From the NCBI GenBank assembly GCA_945862295.1, contig CAMAXT010000003.1:9550-73549 (forward strand): a stretch of DNA of 64,000 nt, read 5' to 3'. Positions within the stretch are counted from its first letter, which is position 1. Every line of letters starts with the position of its first letter. Origin of the DNA: Pseudobacteriovorax antillogorgiicola. Lineage in GTDB: Bacteria; Bdellovibrionota_B; Oligoflexia; Oligoflexales; CAIYRB01. The translations under genes and the position numbers were made by a program. The notes below the pieces were generated by a model. That model was not told the origin of the DNA and did not search any database. It saw only the letters and a program-made list of their open reading frames with translations. This document shows, piece by piece, positions 47,471 to 57,581 of the stretch.

Positions 47471-47964
47471 TGAGACTGGGCATAACAAATTTATTCGTAG
47501 TGGCGGCCCTTTCCGGGTTTGCGATGCAGGCTCAAGCTGAAACGATTAAACTACCAGCTAAGATCGATCTTTCGGCTATCGAGGGCAGCGACCGCCTGAC
47601 AAATGCGTCAATCAAAGACAAAAAAGTTCTCATTCAGTTCTGGGCATCGTGGTGCGTTGGTTGTAGCAAAGTCATGGAAGATATGATTCCCATCACAAAG
47701 CTATCAGACAAAACCAAGTACCTTTCGATCAGCCTCGATGAGACAAAAGAGCGAGCTAAAGGTTACTTCAAGTTTCAAAACGAAACCGTTAAAAAACTTC
47801 TTTCAAGCTCATGGATTGATCCTGACACAAGTTTAGCCAGTGCGCTGAACATCAAGTCCCTTCCTGCTCTTATACTGATCGACAGCCAAGGATCAGTCAT
47901 TGAAAGCATGTACGGACATCCAAGTGCAGAGCAAATGAAGAAAATCGAAGAATTCTTTAAGTAA
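47470..47964 (+). CDS. TlpA-family thiol-disulfide oxidoreductase
   Basis: QFWASWCVGC, ISLDE, SLPALILID. Confidence 0.9.
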   Translation: MRLGITNLFVVAALSGFAMQAQAETIKLPAKIDLSAIEGSDRLTNASIKDKKVLIQFWASWCVGCSKVMEDMIPITKLSDKTKYLSISLDETKERAKGYFKFQNETVKKLLSSSWIDPDTSLASALNIKSLPALILIDSQGSVIESMYGHPSAEQMKKIEEFFK

Positions 47965-47981
47965 AAGTTTTGGGGTGATTT

Positions 47982-48206
47982 ATGAAATCAGCATTGGCAT
48001 TCATAGTACTCGTATTCACACTAAGTGGCTGCGTGCATCCCCAAGTCAAATTTCGCAAAACAAGACTACTCGATCCGATGATGGATCCTGCTAAAACCGA
48101 CGGACTGCACACAACTCTTCGGAACGAGCCAGGCGTTTGGAATGAGCGCGGAACTGGTGACGTAGGTGGTTCATTGGGTGGTTCTTGCCCAACCTGTGGG
48201 ACCTAA
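47982..48206 (+). CDS. DUF4266-like small lipoprotein
   Basis: Lipobox LSGC, LLDPMMD, Gly-rich tail ending GGSCPTCGT; position between TlpA and a barrel gene. Confidence 0.7.
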   Translation: MKSALAFIVLVFTLSGCVHPQVKFRKTRLLDPMMDPAKTDGLHTTLRNEPGVWNERGTGDVGGSLGGSCPTCGT

Positions 48207-48209
48207 GCC

Positions 48210-49238
48210 ATGACAATGAAGCAGGCTACCGCATCGATCCTACTAGCCATCTCAGGCACAGCATTTTCTGATGATTCACACCTTCCAGGAAGTGCAACTT
48301 TTGGTGTCGCACGCTACGAAGACATTAACGTTGATTCAAACGTCATCTCCAGCGGCCTTAGTAAAACGTTTGCTCTAAAAGAAGGCCAAGGCTACGAAAC
48401 CTCAGCTGCGATCTCTGGAACAAAAAAATATATCTTGTTTAAAGAACCTGCTGATCTTTTACAGAAGCAGCTCAAAGGAAAAACAAAGATTGAGGAAGAC
48501 TCCGCCTCAGGTACTTTCACTCAGGGCTTTGGCATTGGTCACACCATTGGCATATTAGGTGGCACCAATAAAAGTCCGCTTTCCAAAAGCAAGTTTGTCG
48601 GTCTTCGACTAGGACTTTGGTGGTTAGAAGAAACACTGCAATCAGTCATCGAACATCGCAAGACCGACCTCGAACAAGCGGTACTAGACTTTGTTGATAC
48701 TGATGGCAAGAGAGTGATCACTCCTGAAGATCTCGACGGAAGAAATACCAGTCTAACTTTAACTCACTTTACGACACCATCGACCATCCTGCGCAGCGCC
48801 TACTCTTTCACATCTAGATCAGACCGCCCAGCTGCTTGGTCAGCCAGTGGTGAGATTAGACAGTTTATTGAAGCTACAGATAGTGCCGTGCATGTTGCGG
48901 CTGCCCACTACGAAAACATTGGCGAGATCAAAGCCAAGACTACTTTTGGTTCGGTCATTTCAAACACCCTCCGGGCTGAATGGCACCAAAAGCTATTCGA
49001 AAAATCTACGGGGGCAATTGGCTACCGTTACTACCTCGAAAAAGAAGATCCACGGGCCTTTGACGCTCAAGACAATCAGGTTGGAACGGATTCTGTATTC
49101 GCCTCCTGGCGCTGGCGCTTCGATAATGTCGCATGGACGGCAGAATCATCCGAGCTCAGCATGTTTGTTAACAGCTTCCGTGCCAATTCTGGCATCAACG
49201 GCATCCTGGTCGGTTCAAGTATCAGTTATACGTTTTAA
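48210..49238 (+). CDS. DUF3570-like outer-membrane beta-barrel protein
   Basis: Signal peptide, SAAISGT, amphipathic strands, GYRYY, C-terminal SYTF; follows the DUF4266-like gene. Confidence 0.6.
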   Translation: MTMKQATASILLAISGTAFSDDSHLPGSATFGVARYEDINVDSNVISSGLSKTFALKEGQGYETSAAISGTKKYILFKEPADLLQKQLKGKTKIEEDSASGTFTQGFGIGHTIGILGGTNKSPLSKSKFVGLRLGLWWLEETLQSVIEHRKTDLEQAVLDFVDTDGKRVITPEDLDGRNTSLTLTHFTTPSTILRSAYSFTSRSDRPAAWSASGEIRQFIEATDSAVHVAAAHYENIGEIKAKTTFGSVISNTLRAEWHQKLFEKSTGAIGYRYYLEKEDPRAFDAQDNQVGTDSVFASWRWRFDNVAWTAESSELSMFVNSFRANSGINGILVGSSISYTF

Positions 49239-49258
49239 CTACCTCGGTCATTTGTACT

Positions 49259-49690
49259 TCAGATGTTTAAACGCCATCCCAGCTCGGCAGAGAGGTGACG
49301 CATTCGGTAAGGGGGAGATTTCACAGCGCCTGTTTCATAAAAAAACGGCATCTCTTCTGCAAACATAACCTTCAACATCGGACCAGTGAGAAGTAGACTG
49401 CGCGTCAATTCCAACCCCATATGATAACCAACCGTTGATACGAACCCGGTTCTTTGCTTTTGCTCACCTGTTTCTGGATCCGAATATTTCATTGAGGAAT
49501 ACCCCTGATCTAAACCAAACACTAGTCCGAAACTAATATAGTCTGTGGAAAGTGGATATGATGTCAGCGTGATCGCACCGCCAAAATTATGAAAATGCGA
49601 ACGGCTGTTTCCGTAAACCAGTGGATTACGATCGGCCACTACTGATCTACCAGTAGCGGCTTCCCCGCGACGGACTTGGCGCAGGTGCAC
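49259..49690 (-). pseudogene. Possible remnant of an outer-membrane beta-strand protein
   Basis: C-terminal part looks like OMP strands (LSAELGWRLNI); no signal peptide, and the upstream reading frame I translated is interrupted by stops. Confidence 0.35.
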
Positions 49691-50173
49691 CGGCCTCTAC
49701 GGAAATCAACACGTCTTCCGCATCGACAATTTCGTTGGCTGATGTCGTCGACATAAACCTTACGGTCATTCCATTGACGACGGACGTGACCGAGCTAGCT
49801 GTCGACTGGAAACAGCAAGTTGCGCCGCCTCCGTTAGTGCTTGGCGCGCCTTAATAGAAATGTTTGAACTGGCTCCTTTGAGTGTTGTTAAACATAGCTA
49901 CGGGCCCGTAAACACGAATAAAAAGCTTATTTACGCAAAAAACCCTCATGTCACCTGCTGACACGAGGGGCAATTCTGAATAATTACATTGCAGCAGTAA
50001 TCTACTAGCGAACTACCATCAACACTAAGAGGGGCCAGTTCAAAAGAGTTTCACAACGAAGATACAGCTCTGACAAGCCATGGACAATTACCCTAGGTAC
50101 TTCTTACCTATGTCGGGCCAATCGCCTCTCCCGATATAATTATATATACGCTAGAACTTGAGACAATTAGGAC

Positions 50174-51196
50174 TTGGTGGTGAAGCCTTCTTCTTTAATT
50201 TTCGCGACACTTACCATGATGGCAATGTCATGGTTGATGCTTACCTTTGCCTACAGATCTCAGAGAGTCTCGGCGCTAAATCCGACGACAGCAAACTTCA
50301 ACGTTTACATCAACGACGAAGAAGGCAGACCGGTCGCCAACTACGCAGTGCGTCTTGATGGGCGACTGATTGGTAAAACAAATAGCGGTGGGACTGTTTC
50401 GAAAGAAGATATTGCTATCGGCAATACCTCAAACATCACATTAAATATTAAATCCGTGGAATTTCACTACGAGACTCCTCGCGAAGCAATTTTAGATCTA
50501 CCACACTATGTAGACATGGATGGACCAGACTTCACAATTACCGCGACTCTCTGTTTTGAATTCGTAACGTGCGAGGAAGACCGTTTTACAATCGCTCTTA
50601 GCCCTCCGTCAAAACCAAAAGCTGAGCAACCCGCCCGTAACCCCGATCTTTTGACGGCCAAATCTTATGAGTTTAACTTCATCCGCGCCGCAAATCAGGG
50701 ACCAAAAATCTTGACTGTGATCTCAGAAATCGAGCGCATTCAGAAAATCTCAAAGACCGGAAAGGTCGCCGGCACACCTATAGACGTCTTATTCTCCCAC
50801 ATTAGTTCAGACCAACACGGCCAGATGCTTCGCATAATCGGCAGCAACCCAAAGTCTGATACAGCTGAAAACGAGTTCGCACTTCTACTACCTTTGAAAC
50901 CACAGCTGCAAGCATTAGCACACGAAGTCGCAGCTTATCTACGAGATCTCACTCCCGAAAAAAACCTAGTCAGCGCTCGCAAGTCACTTAAACTCAGATT
51001 TCAGCAGCCGCTAAACAAAAGCTATGAAGTTTACGCAGGTGGGTTTTCCGGAGTGCCAATCACCCCTGACTCCTGGAATTTAGCTGTACCTAATTCTGGG
51101 AAATTTTTTCTGACCATTGTAAAAAAAGGTCAGATCGTTGCACGCAAATTCTATGATGCCGGCGATGCAGCGCAAATAGATTTCGATGAAAAATAA
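50174..51196 (+). CDS. Membrane-anchored hypothetical protein with an N-terminal beta-sandwich domain
   Basis: N-terminal TM helix; DEEGRPVANYAVRLDGRLIGKTNSGG pattern. Confidence 0.7.
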   Translation: MVVKPSSLIFATLTMMAMSWLMLTFAYRSQRVSALNPTTANFNVYINDEEGRPVANYAVRLDGRLIGKTNSGGTVSKEDIAIGNTSNITLNIKSVEFHYETPREAILDLPHYVDMDGPDFTITATLCFEFVTCEEDRFTIALSPPSKPKAEQPARNPDLLTAKSYEFNFIRAANQGPKILTVISEIERIQKISKTGKVAGTPIDVLFSHISSDQHGQMLRIIGSNPKSDTAENEFALLLPLKPQLQALAHEVAAYLRDLTPEKNLVSARKSLKLRFQQPLNKSYEVYAGGFSGVPITPDSWNLAVPNSGKFFLTIVKKGQIVARKFYDAGDAAQIDFDEK

Positions 51197-52136
51197 CGCT
51201 CAACGACCGGAAGACCAAAAACAATCAAATCTGAAGTGGTATCTCGCGGCAACTGGCTCGGCTGCTCTTATTGCACTTGTAACCATTGCAACCAAGGCCG
51301 GTATCACCATTATCGGCAAAGATTGGTTTCTCGCTTTTATGTTTGCCGCCTCGGTTCCTTTTCTTATCCCCTACAAACCCATCGCAACAACTGGAATCAC
51401 CTCCGTTTTGGCCAAAACAGGCTCGAAACGTGACTTCCTTTGTCACGCCTTATGCACTGGTAGTGCGTGGATCTTATACGTTAGTGGAGTCTCACTGTTG
51501 TCAGCTTCTGTCGCTGTTTTCGTTAGCCGCACGGAAGGCATTTTGATCATCATCTTTGCCGGAATATTTTTAAAAGAGCGCCTAGGTTTTAAGGTTCTGC
51601 TGGCGGCTTTCATTGCTGTAGTTGGCATTATCCTGATCGATCAAACAGATCTCTCGTTGGAAGCTTCGCTATCTGGAAGTGCTGATTTGCGTCGAGGGAT
51701 TATCTTTATCGTCGCTAGCGCCGTGATGTTTGCTGGTGGGGAGATTTTTGCTCGGAATGCAATCGATACCTGGGACCCACAAATATTTACACTGATAAGA
51801 AATCTTCTGATGCTTCCAGTGTTTCTTGCCTTTGCAATGCTGTCTGAAACTAAGTTGATCTGGGATCTTAAAGCAATTGGTTGGTCAACTCTCGCGGCTG
51901 TTTGTGGACCCGTTGGAGCCCGTATCCTCTATCTCAACTGCATACGGCACATACCCGTAAGTCATGCAGCGGTGATGACCAATAGCGAGCCGATTTTCGG
52001 GTTTATCTTGGGTTTTTTAGTGTTTGCCGATCGACCTAGTATGGGTCAAATCGCTGGGGCAACGTTGATTGTCGCAGCAATATTGACCCTAGTGACCTAC
52101 GGTTCGAAGAAAGAAGGCAGCTTAGAGAACAGTTAA
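51186..52136 (+). CDS. EamA/DMT-family transporter
   Basis: Ten TM helices; FLKERLG and SEPIFGFILGFLVFADRP repeats. Confidence 0.9.
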   Translation: MKNNAQRPEDQKQSNLKWYLAATGSAALIALVTIATKAGITIIGKDWFLAFMFAASVPFLIPYKPIATTGITSVLAKTGSKRDFLCHALCTGSAWILYVSGVSLLSASVAVFVSRTEGILIIIFAGIFLKERLGFKVLLAAFIAVVGIILIDQTDLSLEASLSGSADLRRGIIFIVASAVMFAGGEIFARNAIDTWDPQIFTLIRNLLMLPVFLAFAMLSETKLIWDLKAIGWSTLAAVCGPVGARILYLNCIRHIPVSHAAVMTNSEPIFGFILGFLVFADRPSMGQIAGATLIVAAILTLVTYGSKKEGSLENS

Positions 52137-52496
52137 AGTCCCACCAACGTGTGCTGGATGCAGCTGACATTTAAACGGAAAAATTCCTGCTTTTGTTGGA
52201 CTGATAGTGACACTCTTGGATTCGTTTGCAAGAACAACGATCGCCTCGGTCAATCCTGGCACTTCAAAACCATGGGGTTCAGCCAGGGTGTTTTTGAGAA
52301 CGATCTCGTATTTTTTTCCGTGTGTTAGTTTTGCATCAGCTGGTTGCCAAACTTTTTTGTCACCGACGAGAACGTTCGTAAACTCAACCTTTTCCATTTC
52401 CGGTGCAGCAACTTTCTTTTTATCGTTACCTGATGCCATTGCAAATGAACTCACAATCGCAAAAAATAAAACCATTAATCCTGTGCGTCGCAGCAT
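52122..52496 (-). CDS. Secreted cupredoxin-domain protein (nitrosocyanin-like C-terminus)
   Basis: Signal peptide; PHGFEV...AGIFPFKCQLHPAHVGGTLTV. Confidence 0.8.
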   Translation of the reverse strand: MLRRTGLMVLFFAIVSSFAMASGNDKKKVAAPEMEKVEFTNVLVGDKKVWQPADAKLTHGKKYEIVLKNTLAEPHGFEVPGLTEAIVVLANESKSVTISPTKAGIFPFKCQLHPAHVGGTLTVL

Positions 52497-52725
52497 ATTG
52501 AAACTCCCCAGCTATTGATTGAATTGTCTCGAAGTATAGCAGCGAGGTGCACTTTCTCCCAGGAATTGTGAATTTCGCCTCGCTCAATGCAGTATAACCA
52601 CCTGATTTAATGCAAGTAATTTCAAGCGCCCGGCCGACTTGACGCCTACTGCGGTCAACCGCTATGTTAACGAGGTTCTGAAGTCAGAATATCCGACTAG
52701 CATTACTATTATGAGGCTGACCTAT

Positions 52726-53043
52726 ATGGGTGAGAAAGAAGCGCACGCGCAAATCAAAGAAGCAATTGAATCCAATGACATCACTGTCTTCATGAAGGGC
52801 ACGCCAGCTGCACCACAGTGTGGGTTTTCAGCGCACGTTGTTCAAATTCTAAATAGCTATGGCAAAACTTACCACACCATCAATGTCCTCGATGATTGGG
52901 ATCTGCGTGAAGGCATCAAATCCTTCGCAAGCTGGCCAACTATTCCTCAGATTTATGTCAAAGGAAAGTTCATCGGCGGCTGCGATATCACTGCCGAACT
53001 GCACCGTAAAGGCGAACTAAAAACCATTCTCGATCAAGTCTGA
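52726..53043 (+). CDS. grxD: Monothiol glutaredoxin Grx4
   Basis: FMKGTP, QCGFS, WPTIPQIY, FIGGCDI; likely start ATG 52726 after GAGG. Confidence 0.95.
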   Translation: MGEKEAHAQIKEAIESNDITVFMKGTPAAPQCGFSAHVVQILNSYGKTYHTINVLDDWDLREGIKSFASWPTIPQIYVKGKFIGGCDITAELHRKGELKTILDQV

Positions 53044-53089
53044 TTTGCTATACTAGAGTTTTATTAAAACACAGGGTAGGGAGACGACG

Positions 53090-54241
53090 ATGGCCATTGA
53101 TAAGTCTTTTTTTACAACAGCGGTGCATGCCGGCGCCCACCCTGAACAAGTAACCGGAGCGGTTATGCCTCCGATCTTTATGTCGACGACTTTTGCCCAA
53201 GAAGCTCCAGGCGAACATAAAGGCTTTGACTACTCTCGTGCTGGCAACCCTTCACGAGATGGTTACGAAGAAGCATTATCCGCATTAGAAGGCGCGAAAC
53301 ACGGCTTAGCGTTTGCTTCTGGACTCGCAGCAGAACAGGCAGTCGCGCAGCTTTTAAATCCTGGTGCCCGTGTCCTTGTTTGCGATGATGTCTACGGTGG
53401 TACAGGTCGTCTTTTTAGAAAACTCTACGCAAAATACAATCTGGATTTCAATTTTATCGACATGACTAGTCTAGCAGAAGTCAAAGCAGCTGCTGCTGCC
53501 GGTCCAGTCGATCTTATCTGGGTCGAGACGCCAACTAACCCAACCATGAAGATCATCGATATCCGCGCTATGGCAAAGATCGCTAAAGATAAAAAAGCGA
53601 TCCTTGTTGTCGATAACACATTCGCTACGCCGCTTTTTCAGTCACCACTCAAACTCGGTGCAGATATTGTCGTTCACAGTACGACAAAGTATATCGGTGG
53701 CCACTCTGATGTCATCGGTGGTGCACTGATGACCAGCAACGACGAGCTCCACCAGCAGCTCCGCTTTATTCAATTCGCTGCCGGCGCTGTGCCGTCACCG
53801 TTCGAATGCTTTATGCTGCATAGATCTGTAAAGACTCTCGCAATCAGAATGACTCAGCACGAAAAAAATGCCCTCGCTGTTGCAGAGTTCCTTTCCAGTC
53901 ATAAGAAAATGAAAAAAGTCTATTATCCCGGGCTCGCAAAAGATCCGGGCCACAACCTTGCTAAAGAACAGATGTCAGGATTTTCAGGTATGGTCAGCTT
54001 TGACCACACAGGAAATTACAGCGAAGTCGTAAGTTTTCTAAAAAAATTGAAGGTCTTTACTCTTGCCGAAAGTCTTGGCGGTGTAGAGTCATTAGTTAAT
54101 CATCCAGAGAAAATGACGCATGCTTCTGTGCCTGAGGAACTGCGAAAGAAATTAGGGATCGGTCATTCGCTCGTCCGTCTATCATGCGGCATCGAGTCAG
54201 CTGACGACCTTATCGCTGACCTTAAGCTAGCGTTGGAATAA
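53090..54241 (+). CDS. Cystathionine gamma-lyase/gamma-synthase (trans-sulfuration PLP enzyme)
   Basis: YSRAGNP, FASGLAA, DVYGGT, ETPTNP, VDNTFAT, HSTTKYIGGHSD, AESLGGVESL. Confidence 0.93.
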   Translation: MAIDKSFFTTAVHAGAHPEQVTGAVMPPIFMSTTFAQEAPGEHKGFDYSRAGNPSRDGYEEALSALEGAKHGLAFASGLAAEQAVAQLLNPGARVLVCDDVYGGTGRLFRKLYAKYNLDFNFIDMTSLAEVKAAAAAGPVDLIWVETPTNPTMKIIDIRAMAKIAKDKKAILVVDNTFATPLFQSPLKLGADIVVHSTTKYIGGHSDVIGGALMTSNDELHQQLRFIQFAAGAVPSPFECFMLHRSVKTLAIRMTQHEKNALAVAEFLSSHKKMKKVYYPGLAKDPGHNLAKEQMSGFSGMVSFDHTGNYSEVVSFLKKLKVFTLAESLGGVESLVNHPEKMTHASVPEELRKKLGIGHSLVRLSCGIESADDLIADLKLALE

Positions 54242-54287
54242 GCCCGGCGGCCCAACAACTGGCCGCAATCAATCTTAGTCAGTCTTC

Positions 54288-55106
54288 TCAAATATACGGG
54301 GGATCAATCGGAAGCCGAACATGAAAGGTCGAACCCGCACCAAGCTGACTTTCGACAGTCAAAGTCCCGCCGTGTGCCTCAACAATGTGCCGACTAACCG
54401 ACAAGCCAAGACCTATACCTGGAATGGTACCGATCGTTGCCGACGACCTTTGAAAAGGTTTAAAAATTCCTGAAAGATCATTATCAGCGATGCCAATACC
54501 CTGATCGCTCACTGACATCAGTAGGTTGTTGTGATTTTTGACAACCTCGAGTCGAACCTCACCACCAGACGGCGAATACTTTATAGCATTCGAGAGAAGG
54601 TTGTTGATAACCTGAAGAATGCGACCGGCATCACATTTAACTGATAATTTCCCGTCTGAAACAATCAGCGTCAATTTATGAGCTTTTGACGACGTTCTGT
54701 GTAGCTCAACTGCATCAATCAAAATTGGACCGAGGTCTACTTCCCTATACTCAAATCTAAGTTGTCCAGACTCAACTCTGGTCGTATCCAACAAATCACC
54801 CACGATGCGGTCGAGACTCTTTATCTGTCTTAAAATAATTGCTGCTAGTTCCTTATCCTCGCTTTGCAGGTTATTTAGCAACAACTCGGAAGCCATCGCC
54901 ATAGATCCAATTGGGTTACGTAAATCATGGGCAATCGAAGCAATGAACCGCAAGCGGTCCTTGTCTCTTTCGTCTAGGCGATCAGCCATTGAATTAAAAT
55001 TTGAGGAAATCGTCCTTATCTCTGCGATACCAAAAAGTTTTGCTCTGGTGATTGTTACGCCACGCCCATAGTCATTTACAACCTTTGACAAAGTCGAAAG
55101 CGGCAT
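54288..55106 (-). CDS. HAMP-HisKA-HATPase histidine kinase lacking its sensor/TM region (N-terminally truncated)
   Basis: AHDLRNP H-box, NLLSNAIKY, DQGIG, GIGLGL; starts inside the HAMP domain with an in-frame TAA 13 codons upstream. Confidence 0.8.
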   Translation of the reverse strand: MPLSTLSKVVNDYGRGVTITRAKLFGIAEIRTISSNFNSMADRLDERDKDRLRFIASIAHDLRNPIGSMAMASELLLNNLQSEDKELAAIILRQIKSLDRIVGDLLDTTRVESGQLRFEYREVDLGPILIDAVELHRTSSKAHKLTLIVSDGKLSVKCDAGRILQVINNLLSNAIKYSPSGGEVRLEVVKNHNNLLMSVSDQGIGIADNDLSGIFKPFQRSSATIGTIPGIGLGLSVSRHIVEAHGGTLTVESQLGAGSTFHVRLPIDPPYI

Positions 55107-55209
55107 TACAAGCCTCCCGAAGATACTACAGGTGACAAGTCCTTAGTATTAAATTAGCGAAGGGCGAGATAGACAAACGATCAGCCACTTACCTAAAGCA
55201 TTAGAGATC

Positions 55210-57567
55210 TTAGTTTAACGTCGAAACGCGAAATTTCCGCAGCGCTGTGCGTCCGCCAGAAGAAACGACGGTCAGTTCGTGCTCCCCCTTTACAGGAGTC
55301 CACCACACCTGTTCATCAATACGAACAGTTTTTAAAAAAGTTCCATTAAGAAACCATGAAACCTCTTCAGTACCACTATGCCCTTCAACCTCAAATGACA
55401 TCTCCTGCTTAGAGGGATCTAAGCCAGGAATCAGCATCATCACCTTATTCTTTGCGGGAGAAATAATGCGTAACTCTTCATCTTTCGCAATATGGACGCA
55501 AGCTGGATGAATTTTCGGTAAATCGGGAAGATACCGATTAGCCGTATTCATATACCGCCGGACACCTTGCGGCCAATTCATAAACGTCCCACGCTCAGTG
55601 ACGCGACCCGCACGGCAAGTCGGTCCAACAGCTAGACCACTCGCAGTCTCAATTTCCATTTCTGTATGATAGGGGCAGACGCCGGTTGGCAGATTATGAA
55701 TCAATGCCGAGACCAGACGTTTATGCGGACAAGCGTGCGACGGCAAATGTCCAGAAAAACTGCAAACCTCGACATCAGCAATGGAGCGTGGCTTCTCGTC
55801 GTCTGCTGGTTTATTGGTGTCATTTAAGTTCTCTAAGATATCAAAGAGTAGAGGCGCGGCCATATCCGCGCCGACTAATGCGTGACTTGGAGCGTAATCA
55901 ACGTTACCGAACCAAACCACCGCCGTGTATTTACCCGATGAGCCAGCAGCCCAAGCATCTCGATGCCCGAAACTCGTTCCGGTTTTCCAAAAAACATCTG
56001 TTGGTACCTTGGTGAAATCGCGGCGCCGTGGAAAATCCGGACGATCTCTGATACGTAACGCCTTTCGCGTTAACCACGTCGCGCCGGGAGAAAACACCTG
56101 CATTGCTACCGGTAAGGTTTGAACGTTACCTTGACTCAACCAACGGAGAGGAATGAAAGAACCGTCACGGGCTAATGCGGTATAAAGGCCCGCGATTTCA
56201 AGCGCCGTAAATTCAATGCCGCCAGCAGCAACGGAAAGACCGTAATGCCCAGGAGATTTTTGAATTCTAGTAATATCAAATTGAGATATGGTCCCAAGAA
56301 ACCGCTCTATCCCGATTTGCTGCAGCAAACTTACAAATGGAATATTGAGTGAACGCGCCAACGCATCTTCAACGCGCAGGAGACCATTAAAATTATTGTC
56401 GAAGTTTTTTGGTGTATAGCCACCGTAGTTTGTCGGAATATCCGTAATCAAGCGGTCAGGAATAATCATTCCAAGATCAAGTGCATGCGCGTAGATAAAG
56501 GGCTTAAGAAGCGAGCCCGGGGACCGTGGAATTTGAAACCCAGCGATTTGCGATCCTGGCCGCTTATTCCAAAAATCTATCCCGCCGATGATTGCTTTGA
56601 CTTCTCCCGTCGCCGTCTCGACGACAATGGCAGCATGATTATGAACCCCTTGATCAGCAGCATGCCGGCCCTCCCGCAATGACAAATCCGTCAAAAGCCC
56701 CTGCACTGCCGGATCTATCGTGGTGTTAACATCTCCAGCCCCTGCCCCCGCCTGCTGTAGCCAATAAGCCAAATGCGCCACGTCCCTAGGAAAGGGCTTT
56801 AACCGCTTTGGCACCTCCGCCGCAAGTACCGATTCAAGCGACTCCTGACCTTCACCAAAAACACCTGCCGCATACATCTGCTTTAAAATTTTATCCCGCG
56901 CCTCTTGCAACTTCACCACATGCTTCGGATCAGGAAATCTTTTAGACGGCAGCTGCGGTACAGAAAGCAACACTGCAATTTCATCTGGTGAAAGATTGCT
57001 CGCGCTGTGACCAAAATATGCCCAGGAAGCTGTTTCGACACCCTCGATATTTTTACCAAAAGAAATATAGGTCATGTAAGCAGAAAGGATCTCTTTTTTT
57101 GACATGCGCATTTCTAATTGCAACGCGCGAAAGGCTTCAATGAATTTCGAACCAAAAGATCGTCGCCTCGGTTCGAGAACCCGAACCAATTGCATCGTCA
57201 ACGTCGAAGCACCAGATACGACTTTGCGTTGCATAAAATTTTGCAGCGTTGCTCGCGCAATCGCAATTGGGTCAACACCAGGATGGAAATAAAAACGGCG
57301 GTCTTCGAAGGCGATTAATGCTCGTTTGTAATCAGGATCAATCCGCGCCATATCGGCATTAATACGCCATTTTTCATCGCCAGAAAGAAAGATAAACCCC
57401 GTTGAAAGGTCAGAAAATCTAATGACCGTTGACGGTGGCGTCGCTAAACGATCAGGAAGGGGTACTAGCCAAAAAACAGCAAGGAGCAGCGTTGCGAAAA
57501 TAACAGTAGCCAGCAAACGAGGTCTGCTGGCCGCTTTCGAAAAAACCATCTTAACAGTCGTCGTCAA
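55210..57567 (-). CDS. pbpC: Penicillin-binding protein 1C
   Basis: EDRRFYFHPGVD, GASTLTMQ, SLLKP (SxxK), SLN, KTGTS; directly downstream of alpha-2-macroglobulin. Confidence 0.95.
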   Translation of the reverse strand: MTTTVKMVFSKAASRPRLLATVIFATLLLAVFWLVPLPDRLATPPSTVIRFSDLSTGFIFLSGDEKWRINADMARIDPDYKRALIAFEDRRFYFHPGVDPIAIARATLQNFMQRKVVSGASTLTMQLVRVLEPRRRSFGSKFIEAFRALQLEMRMSKKEILSAYMTYISFGKNIEGVETASWAYFGHSASNLSPDEIAVLLSVPQLPSKRFPDPKHVVKLQEARDKILKQMYAAGVFGEGQESLESVLAAEVPKRLKPFPRDVAHLAYWLQQAGAGAGDVNTTIDPAVQGLLTDLSLREGRHAADQGVHNHAAIVVETATGEVKAIIGGIDFWNKRPGSQIAGFQIPRSPGSLLKPFIYAHALDLGMIIPDRLITDIPTNYGGYTPKNFDNNFNGLLRVEDALARSLNIPFVSLLQQIGIERFLGTISQFDITRIQKSPGHYGLSVAAGGIEFTALEIAGLYTALARDGSFIPLRWLSQGNVQTLPVAMQVFSPGATWLTRKALRIRDRPDFPRRRDFTKVPTDVFWKTGTSFGHRDAWAAGSSGKYTAVVWFGNVDYAPSHALVGADMAAPLLFDILENLNDTNKPADDEKPRSIADVEVCSFSGHLPSHACPHKRLVSALIHNLPTGVCPYHTEMEIETASGLAVGPTCRAGRVTERGTFMNWPQGVRRYMNTANRYLPDLPKIHPACVHIAKDEELRIISPAKNKVMMLIPGLDPSKQEMSFEVEGHSGTEEVSWFLNGTFLKTVRIDEQVWWTPVKGEHELTVVSSGGRTALRKFRVSTLN

Positions 57568-57581
57568 AATTCAGTTGCCTA

